From Actinomycetes bacterium (GTDB lineage Bacteria; Actinomycetota; Coriobacteriia; Coriobacteriales; UBA8131): 64,000 nucleotides of DNA. The translations under genes and the position numbers were made by a program. Positions 56,836 to 64,000 of the stretch are shown here, in pieces (positions within the stretch are counted from its first letter, which is position 1; every line of letters begins with the position of its first letter). Where the stretch lies: contig WRGR01000039.1 of NCBI GenBank assembly GCA_009787085.1, positions 1,105 through 65,104 on the forward strand, read 5' to 3'. The notes under the pieces are model-generated. The model was not told the DNA's origin. It was given only the letters and a program-made list of their open reading frames with translations, and made no database searches.

Positions 56836-57818
56836 GTGGGGGCAAGCTGGAGGCAGTCTGTACCATCGGCGTTTTCGACGGTCTGCACATTGGCCATCGC
56901 TACCTGCTTGACCAAGCTATTGGCGATGCCCGCAGCTTGGGTCTGCCCTGCGTGGCACTGAGCTTTGACCATGACCCGGAAGAGGCGTTCTTGCCACCGG
57001 AGAAGGTGCAACACCTGCTCTCCAATACCGAAAGGCTAGAGCTGCTGGCTAAAAGTGGTGTAGATCAGGTCATCGTCTTGCATTTTGACCACGCTCTGGC
57101 TGCGCTCACGGCTACGGAATTCTTAGATCAGGTGCTGGGACGCTTGCTGGCACCCAAGAGCATCCATGTTGGTGCGGACTTCCGTTTCGGCGCTGCAGCT
57201 CAAGGCGACGTGGCCTGCTTAAAGCAGTGGGCGGACAGCCGGGAGGTGGCGGTATTCGGTCACCAACTGCTGGGTGACGGCGGCCAGGCAGTGAGCGCCA
57301 GCCGCATTCGCGCCTGCTTGGCCGACGGTCGATTGGATGAGGCCAACCAACTGCTCGGCCGGCCACACCACCTTAAAGGCCGGGTTGTGCGTGGCCGCGG
57401 TGTCGGCAATTCGCTGGGCTTTCCGACCGCCAATATTGCCAGTGATGATGGGGTCGTCCTTCCCGCCGATGGGGTCTACGCCGGCCTCGTCCAGTTCGGG
57501 GAAGTGCGGCAAACAGAATCAGTTTCGGAGAATGGCCGCGCTGCGCCGTCGGATGCCCCGCCGCTGCCCCAGGCAGAGTTGCATGCTGCCGCCATCTCGG
57601 TCGGTGTGCCCCTGAGTTTTGATGGCGTTGCCGCCAGTTTAGAGGCTTTCTTGCTGGACTACCAAGGCGACCTCTACGACCAGGAACTGAGGTTGCACTT
57701 TCTTAAATACCTACGGCCAATGCAGGTTTTCGGCGATGCCCGCGCCCTCTCCCAACAGATATCCGATGATGTGCGGCAAACCAGAAAACTGGCCGCACAA
57801 TATGAGTGCGAGCAGTAA
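56832..57818 (+). CDS. ribF: Bifunctional riboflavin kinase/FAD synthetase
   Basis: IGVFDGLHIGH, GADFRFG, VSASRIR, LGFPTAN, DGVYAG. GTG overlaps the truB stop. Confidence 0.94.
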   Translation: MSGGKLEAVCTIGVFDGLHIGHRYLLDQAIGDARSLGLPCVALSFDHDPEEAFLPPEKVQHLLSNTERLELLAKSGVDQVIVLHFDHALAALTATEFLDQVLGRLLAPKSIHVGADFRFGAAAQGDVACLKQWADSREVAVFGHQLLGDGGQAVSASRIRACLADGRLDEANQLLGRPHHLKGRVVRGRGVGNSLGFPTANIASDDGVVLPADGVYAGLVQFGEVRQTESVSENGRAAPSDAPPLPQAELHAAAISVGVPLSFDGVAASLEAFLLDYQGDLYDQELRLHFLKYLRPMQVFGDARALSQQISDDVRQTRKLAAQYECEQ

Positions 57819-57966
57819 CACCCAATTTTTCCGAAGGTGAGGATCTCTTCTGCGATCGTCCATCCCAAAACCGGAGATTTCCTTTAAAATGGATGAGGCT
57901 TTCTATCGTTAGCCATTTGTATGCCCCTTATTGTTTGTTCCGAATTCTCAGAGGAGGACTGTCTGG

Positions 57967-60150
57967 ATGTCTGATATTGTCCAAACTACAGGAATGTTGG
58001 CCTGGATCGCGCCTGCTGCCGCTGTCATCGGCTTGGCCTTTGCGGCCTATTTGGCTATCTGGGTGCTGAAGCAGGATGCTGGCAACGAGCGAATGCAGTA
58101 CCTGTCCGGTTTGATCCAAAAAGGCGCTAAGGCCTTTCTGATCGCCGAGTACAAGAGCCTGATCATCTTCGCGCTGGTCGTGGCCATCGTCTTGGGGGCG
58201 GCCATCAGCCCCTTCACCGCCTTGGCCTTCTTGACCGGCGGCATCTTGTCTGTTATTGCTGGTTATATTGGCATGTACGTGGCTACCCGGGCCAATGCCC
58301 GTACCACTCATGCTGCCCAAACGGGTATTGCCGCCGCACTCAAAGTGGCCTATCGCTCCGGTCTGACCATGGGCCTGGTCGTGGCCTCGCTCGGCCTTTT
58401 CGGCCTCGCCCTCTGGGCGATCTTCTTTTTGGTCAACGCCGCGCACCCGGAGCCGGAGATCGTTGATGGCTTTGTGATGGGTGCCTCATCGATAGCGCTC
58501 TTTGCCCGTGTTGGCGGCGGCATCTACACCAAGGCGGCCGATGTCGGCGCTGATTTGGTGGGCAAAGTCGAGGCTGGCATTCCCGAAGACGACCCGCGCA
58601 ATCCCGGTGTCATCGCTGATAACGTCGGCGACAACGTCGGCGATGTGGCCGGTATGGGTGCCGACCTCTATGAGAGCTATGCCGGTGCCCTTCTGGCACC
58701 AATGGTGCTGGCGGTGGCAATGGCCTTCACCGTCGGCTCGCCGCTGGGTGGCGGTTTGATCGAAGAGGGCAATCACAGCATTTTTGCCGGCTTCACCCTA
58801 GACGGCATCTTAGCCCTGATCATGCCGCTGTTGTTCGCTGCAGGCGGCATCATTGCTGCCATCGTCGGCTTGCTGGCTGTGAACACCCAGGATCCCAACA
58901 AGATCCACAAAGCTTTGAACCGCGGCACCTACCTGACCTCTGGTTTGGAGCTGGTGATCATTCTCGTCCTCTGCCTGATTTGGCAAAGTGTCGGCAATAT
59001 TCCCGCGGTTTGGTTCTTCGGTTGCACGGCTGCCGGCTTGGCTGCCGGTCTGGCCATCGGCAAGCTTACCGAGTATTACACTTCCTATCACCATAAACCG
59101 GTGAAGAAAATCGCCCAAGCTTCAGAGACCAGCACGGCGACCAATATCATCGAAGGCCTCGCCACTGGTATGTTCTCCACTGTGTTTCCGGCTCTTGTAC
59201 TGGTGGCCGCAGTGGCTGTGGCCTATATCTGTGGTATGCAGGTGGGTGGCAAGGAATGGGCCTTGCAGTTCGGTGTTTACGGCATTGGCCTTTCGGCCTT
59301 GGGCATGCTCTCCACCACAGCGGTTACCGTCGGTGTGGACGCTTATGGGCCGGTGGCCGACAATGCCGGTGGCATTGCCGAGATGGCCGGTCTGCCACCG
59401 GAGATCCGGGAGCGCACTGATGCTTTGGATACTGTGGGCAACACCACCGCTGCTGTGGCCAAAGGCTTCGCAGTTTCCTCGGCTGCTTTGACGGCCCTAG
59501 CCCTCTTCGTCGCCTTCAAAACCAATTTGGAGCATCATCTTGGCAAGGATGCCATGCTTGTTCAGCTGGACAATCCGTATGTGATCATCGGTGTCCTCAT
59601 TGGGGCAACTATGCCGTTCTTCTTCGCCGCCATGACCATGGGGGCGGTGAGCCGGGCGGCCAATGCTATGATCGTTGAGATACGGCGTCAGTTCCGGGAG
59701 ATCAAGGGGCTTTTAGCTGGCGATCCGGGAGTCGAGCCGGACACTGAGGCTTGCGTGACCATCTCCACCAAGGCCGCCTTGCGAGAGATGCTGTTGCCGG
59801 GAATTCTGGCCGTAGTGATCCCGGTGGTCTTGGGCATCCTAGATGTCAAGATATTGTCGGGAATGTTGATCGGCACCCTGTGCTGCGGTTTTTTGATGAG
59901 CGTCTACATGGCCAACACCGGTGGTGCTTGGGATAATGCCAAGAAGTACATCGAGACCGGTGTCCACGGTGGCAAGGGTTCAGATGCGCATAAGGCCGCT
60001 GTGGTCGGCGACACTGTTGGCGACCCGTTCAAAGACACTTCCGGCCCCTCCATCAACATTCTGATCAAGGTGGTCACCGTGGTGTCGTTGGTCTTCGTGC
60101 CGCTCTTTGCCAATTTGGGCGGTGGAGTGTTGCACGGCATCATTGGCTAA
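57967..60150 (+). CDS. hppA: Membrane pyrophosphatase, K+-dependent, probably Na+-pumping
   Basis: GGGIYTKAADVGADLVGKVE, EDDPRNP, DNVGDNVGD, GADLYES, GNTTAA, GGAWDNAKK, GDPFKDTSGP. Confidence 0.95.
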   Translation: MSDIVQTTGMLAWIAPAAAVIGLAFAAYLAIWVLKQDAGNERMQYLSGLIQKGAKAFLIAEYKSLIIFALVVAIVLGAAISPFTALAFLTGGILSVIAGYIGMYVATRANARTTHAAQTGIAAALKVAYRSGLTMGLVVASLGLFGLALWAIFFLVNAAHPEPEIVDGFVMGASSIALFARVGGGIYTKAADVGADLVGKVEAGIPEDDPRNPGVIADNVGDNVGDVAGMGADLYESYAGALLAPMVLAVAMAFTVGSPLGGGLIEEGNHSIFAGFTLDGILALIMPLLFAAGGIIAAIVGLLAVNTQDPNKIHKALNRGTYLTSGLELVIILVLCLIWQSVGNIPAVWFFGCTAAGLAAGLAIGKLTEYYTSYHHKPVKKIAQASETSTATNIIEGLATGMFSTVFPALVLVAAVAVAYICGMQVGGKEWALQFGVYGIGLSALGMLSTTAVTVGVDAYGPVADNAGGIAEMAGLPPEIRERTDALDTVGNTTAAVAKGFAVSSAALTALALFVAFKTNLEHHLGKDAMLVQLDNPYVIIGVLIGATMPFFFAAMTMGAVSRAANAMIVEIRRQFREIKGLLAGDPGVEPDTEACVTISTKAALREMLLPGILAVVIPVVLGILDVKILSGMLIGTLCCGFLMSVYMANTGGAWDNAKKYIETGVHGGKGSDAHKAAVVGDTVGDPFKDTSGPSINILIKVVTVVSLVFVPLFANLGGGVLHGIIG

Positions 60151-60160
60151 ACGGCCTGAC

Positions 60161-63100
60161 TTGGCACCGGCTGCCGCCCCGGTGCCCAACGAGCAACAAC
60201 TGGCGGCCATCGAGGCCGTTGACGGGCCGGTGCTGGTGGTGGCCGGCCCCGGTACTGGCAAGACCCAACTGCTCAGTCTGCGGGTGGCCAATATCTTGGC
60301 CACCCGGGATGTCAGCCCAGAAAATATCCTCTGCCTGACTTTCACCGATGCCGGTGCCGAGGCGATGTCCAAACGCTTGGCGCAGATGATCGGCAAAGCG
60401 GCCTACGAGGTGCGCATCAACACCTTCCATGCCTTTTCGGAGTTTCTCCGTTCCCGTTATATCGAGTACTACGACCGCTCGCCCTTCGATGCCAAAATCA
60501 CCGATCTGCAAGCGCTGCGGGTTTTGAGAGCTCTGCTGGAGGGGCTTTCTGTCAGCGACCCACTCTACCAGAGGTCGCAGAAGGGGGGTGTACCCGGTCA
60601 GCTTAGCCAGATGCAGTCGCTGATCAGCAAGATCAAGCGTTCTGGCCTGAGTACCGACGAGCTGCGGTTGGCGGCGCGGCAAAGTTTGGAAACTATCGAT
60701 TACCTAGAGCAGCAGACTGACTTGGTAGAGGCGATGTGTGCGCCAATGCCTAAAAAGGCCGAGGCCAAGTCGGCTTTTTGCGATGAGCTGAAGACTAGGG
60801 CGGCTTTGATCCTCAGCAGTCTGCCCGCTGCCCTCACAGAGCGGCGGCTGGCACTGCCGGGAAGCTACGACCCCTATGGCCTTTATCTGGCTGCTCGCCT
60901 AGAGCAGACCGAATGGTATGAGGGTACCAAGACCACAGGTTTACAGGCGCTGAAAAAAGAACTCTTCGACACCAAGGCCATGAGCTTCAACCCTGTCGAG
61001 AAGAGGCGCCATCAAAAGATGCTCAGTGCCTTGGATGTTTTCGACCGTTATCAGGAATTTTTGGTGACCCACGGTCTTTATGACTATGATGATATGATAC
61101 TGGACACGGTGGCGGCAATCGAGACACATGCCGAGTTCCAAAGACTGCTTGAAGCCCAGTACCGCTATCTTCTGGTCGATGAATTCCAAGACACCAATGG
61201 CTCACAGATGCGCCTTGTCGAGTTGCTTTCCGCAGGTCAGGATAGCCCGAACATCATGGCAGTGGGCGATGACGATCAGGCTATCATGCGCTTCCAGGGT
61301 GCTAGTGTGGCCTTCCTCAAACAGTTCGAAGAGAAATACCTAGGTACCCGGCGTATCGTTTTGCAAGAGAACTTCCGCTCAACTCCATCCCTAGTTGGGC
61401 TGGGAGGGGCTATTGCCCGTCAGATCGTCGGTCGCTCCGAGGCCAGTGCCGAGGACAAACGGCTCTTCGCCCATCGCCGCGAAGAACGGCCGACGCAGTT
61501 CAGTGTCAACAAGTATTTGAGCTGCGAGCTGCAATACTATGATATCGCCCGCTCGATTAAAGAACGCATCGATGCCGGATTCATCGAGGCTGCTGCCGAC
61601 CCTGCCGAGGCCATCGCGGTCATCGCTTGGAAGCGCAGCAGCCTGGAAGCCCTGATCCCTTATCTCAAGGTGTTCGGCATTGACTACCGCTATGACGTGA
61701 CCGCCACGGTGGGCAAATCTGAGCCTTTGCAGGGCTTTTTGGCTTGCTTGCACTATGTGGCACACTTGGCTAACGGCAACGTTAGCCGCGCTGACCCCTG
61801 GTTGCCACAAGTCGTCGCTGCACCGGAGCTGGGGGTGGCGGCCGAAGAGTATGTACGCTTTGCGCTTCAGGCCGGTCGCGCCAGCAAGGGCTGGAGTAGC
61901 GAGTTGCTGCGGCTTGGACATGATGATGACGGTGCTGATGACAGCTTTCCCCAGTTGGCAGTGCTTAGGGAGTGGCTGGCCAAAGCGGTCAAGGCCGCTG
62001 CTGCCAGCTCTGCCCAGCGGGTCATCCATATCTTGGCTAAGCCTTTTATTGACTACTACCAAGGCCGCATCGAGTCCGACCCCTTTACGGTGATGGAGCT
62101 GAACTATGGCATTGCGGCCTTGCTCGGTTTCGTTATCGGCGAAGCCGAGGCAGAGCACCAACAGCAAGGCGGCGGCCGTGGTCGCTCGCTGCGGCTGGCC
62201 CAAGTGGTTGAGCTTTTGGAAGAGACCGACACCTACGGCCTGAACATCAACATCCCGGTGCCTGTGAGTCGGCCGTCGGCCATCTCTCTGAAGAGCGCAC
62301 ACGGCTCCAAAGGCTTGGAATATGACTTGGTATACCTGCTGGATGCTGATGAGAAGAGCTGGCACAGCAAGCATCGGCGGCCAGACATTGCCTGTCCCAA
62401 TATATACTTAAGCGAAAGCCCGGACGATGACGACATGCGACGGCTGCTGTTCGTGGCGTGTACCCGGGCAAAGTACGAACTGCAGATGAGCATCGGCCGG
62501 GCAGGCGTGGCGGCCGAGCTCTTAGAAGTCGCTCCAGAGGTAGCCGTGGAACTCTCTGAACATGAGGTTGCAGAGCAGTCTATGGTAACTTGGGAGGACA
62601 GCTACTTCCCCGACAATCCCCAGATGCTGGACTTGGTGTACTCGGAATTGGCTAAAAAGAAGCTTTCAGCTACCATGCTGAACAACTTTGTGCACTTTGG
62701 CTGGGAGGGGGATGGCAGCACTAGGGGGTTCGTTTTCGACCAAGTGTTCCGCTTCCCGCGACCGCCGATCTCCTATTTCGAGTTCGGCAATCTAGCACAC
62801 CGCTACTTGGAGCTGTACCTGCGCCACGTGGTGCAGGCAGCGAGCATAAGCCCCACCGAGCTGCTGGCTGCGATGCATCGGGAGATCGAGCAGCTCGACT
62901 TTGACCAAGCCGACCTCGGCAGTATGCATGAGCGCTTGGACCTGATCGCCGAAGTCTTCATCCCCCAGGCTGGCATTTATCTGAAGCCCGATTCCCTTTC
63001 CGAGCAGTGGCTGAACGCTTTTCTGGACGGGGTGCCACTGGTCGGCAAAAGCGACCTCCTAGTGTTTGATGCTGTTCACCGGACGATTCAGATTGCAGAC

Positions 63101-63526
63101 TATAAGACCGGCAAACCTAAAACCGGCAGCTTCGATGCTGACTACCGCCGTCAGTTGATATTCTACAAACTGCTCATCGAAGAGGGCGGCCAGTATTCGG
63201 GCTGGAAGGTGGCCGGCGGCATGGACATCTTCATCGAGCCTGACCCGAAGACCAAGGAGCTGCCCGATCCCTTGTTGGCAGCAGTCTCTGAGGCTGATGT
63301 CGAGCACGTCCGCCAACTGATCCGAGTTGTCTACTGGCGCATTCAAAACGCCGACTTCGACACCTCTGCTTTCAGGGAGAAGGTGTTGGCGAAGATCATC
63401 GCCAGTGACGAGCCGCTGGCCGGGGAGGCCGATTCCGAAGCAAACCCCGAGGCCGACGACATTCAGTTGGCCTTTGAGCTTTGGCTGATAGATGACTATG
63501 AGCAAAGATCGTCCGCATCCCACTAA
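60161..63526 (+). CDS. UvrD-family helicase fused to a C-terminal PD-(D/E)XK nuclease
   Basis: AGPGTGKT, LTFT, VDEFQD, VGDDDQAI, NFRS, HGSKGLEY, FVACTRAK; nuclease motifs GKSDL, DYKTG, QLIFY. Start uncertain (60161 or 60182). Confidence 0.88.
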   Translation: MAPAAAPVPNEQQLAAIEAVDGPVLVVAGPGTGKTQLLSLRVANILATRDVSPENILCLTFTDAGAEAMSKRLAQMIGKAAYEVRINTFHAFSEFLRSRYIEYYDRSPFDAKITDLQALRVLRALLEGLSVSDPLYQRSQKGGVPGQLSQMQSLISKIKRSGLSTDELRLAARQSLETIDYLEQQTDLVEAMCAPMPKKAEAKSAFCDELKTRAALILSSLPAALTERRLALPGSYDPYGLYLAARLEQTEWYEGTKTTGLQALKKELFDTKAMSFNPVEKRRHQKMLSALDVFDRYQEFLVTHGLYDYDDMILDTVAAIETHAEFQRLLEAQYRYLLVDEFQDTNGSQMRLVELLSAGQDSPNIMAVGDDDQAIMRFQGASVAFLKQFEEKYLGTRRIVLQENFRSTPSLVGLGGAIARQIVGRSEASAEDKRLFAHRREERPTQFSVNKYLSCELQYYDIARSIKERIDAGFIEAAADPAEAIAVIAWKRSSLEALIPYLKVFGIDYRYDVTATVGKSEPLQGFLACLHYVAHLANGNVSRADPWLPQVVAAPELGVAAEEYVRFALQAGRASKGWSSELLRLGHDDDGADDSFPQLAVLREWLAKAVKAAAASSAQRVIHILAKPFIDYYQGRIESDPFTVMELNYGIAALLGFVIGEAEAEHQQQGGGRGRSLRLAQVVELLEETDTYGLNINIPVPVSRPSAISLKSAHGSKGLEYDLVYLLDADEKSWHSKHRRPDIACPNIYLSESPDDDDMRRLLFVACTRAKYELQMSIGRAGVAAELLEVAPEVAVELSEHEVAEQSMVTWEDSYFPDNPQMLDLVYSELAKKKLSATMLNNFVHFGWEGDGSTRGFVFDQVFRFPRPPISYFEFGNLAHRYLELYLRHVVQAASISPTELLAAMHREIEQLDFDQADLGSMHERLDLIAEVFIPQAGIYLKPDSLSEQWLNAFLDGVPLVGKSDLLVFDAVHRTIQIADYKTGKPKTGSFDADYRRQLIFYKLLIEEGGQYSGWKVAGGMDIFIEPDPKTKELPDPLLAAVSEADVEHVRQLIRVVYWRIQNADFDTSAFREKVLAKIIASDEPLAGEADSEANPEADDIQLAFELWLIDDYEQRSSASH

Positions 63527-63650
63527 GATTCTGAAGCTTTGAATTAGCCTCATGTCACATGGAATATATGCATCTTTTCGGCACGTGATCGTTTTCTTCG
63601 GCCAATGATCAGATTCTTCTTCTAAAATCCTATATAAAAAAGTGATGCAT

Positions 63651-63689
63651 CCAAAACCAGTATTGACAACTGGTCAATACTGGTTTTGG
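63651..63689. promoter_or_regulatory. Perfect 17-bp inverted repeat (operator or hairpin) in a promoter region
   Basis: CCAAAACCAGTATTGAC-AACTG-GTCAATACTGGTTTTGG; TATGAT at 63694-63699. Confidence 0.7.
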
Positions 63690-63917
63690 CGACTATGATT
63701 ACCTCAGAACGTAAAGCATGAATAACGTTCTTTCTGCTATCGCAGACGCCCCCCCTTCATGTCAAGTAAATGTCAAGCATCCCGACGCACCTAGTAAGCG
63801 CTGGGTTTTGCTATGGCGGTGAGTTGCGCCCGTAGTTTGCCGGGCATTTCCGTAAAGGTCGTACTAGGGAAGAGCTACGACACAGTGTTTTGAAGGCATG
63901 GGAAAGGAGCGTTGCGC

Positions 63918-64000
63918 ATGACCGAAATCAAATATGCGGACAACTACGTGGAAATGGCCATTGAGGAGATGAGGAGGTACACGCCCACCTCGCCAAAAAA
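63918..64000 (+). CDS. Start of an unidentified CDS (runs off the window)
   Basis: RBS AAGGAG and ATG; MTEIKYADNYVEMAIEEMRRYTPTSPK is open to the window end. Confidence 0.6.
   Translation, partial: MTEIKYADNYVEMAIEEMRRYTPTSPK

Overview
A GC-rich bacterial chromosomal segment, inferred to be Actinomycetota class Coriobacteriia from protein features and gene neighbourhoods (not confirmed by any search). It is mostly core genome: rpmE-thyX-DUF1385-yebC-DUF3866-xerD-rsmH; a reshuffled division and cell-wall (dcw) cluster (mraZ, ftsL, ftsI, mraY, ftsW, murF, an ATP-grasp D-Asp-ligase-like gene, murE, murD, murG, a murC-murB fusion, ftsQ; no ftsZ); aconitase; tRNA-Glu and tRNA-Gln; an aquaporin; two phenylacetate-CoA ligase/ACT pairs; metA; the rimP-nusA-ylxR-infB-rbfA-nrnA-truB-ribF operon; a membrane pyrophosphatase; and a UvrD-nuclease fusion. 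The first 6 kb hold ABC exporters and a small island of decayed genes, followed by a PTS IIC-EAL fusion. The most interesting observations are: (1) a roughly 165-nt multi-stem RNA-like element between mraZ and ftsL, where rsmH normally lies; (2) a D-Asp-ligase-like gene coupled to a non-DAP-type MurE inside dcw; (3) a MurC-MurB fusion; (4) an apparent AUA start codon on rbfA; (5) a riboswitch-like aquaporin leader; (6) a frameshifted CPCC gene that the ORF track missed; and (7) widespread low-complexity expansions in core proteins. All family assignments come from recognising motifs by eye; no searches or folding programs were run.
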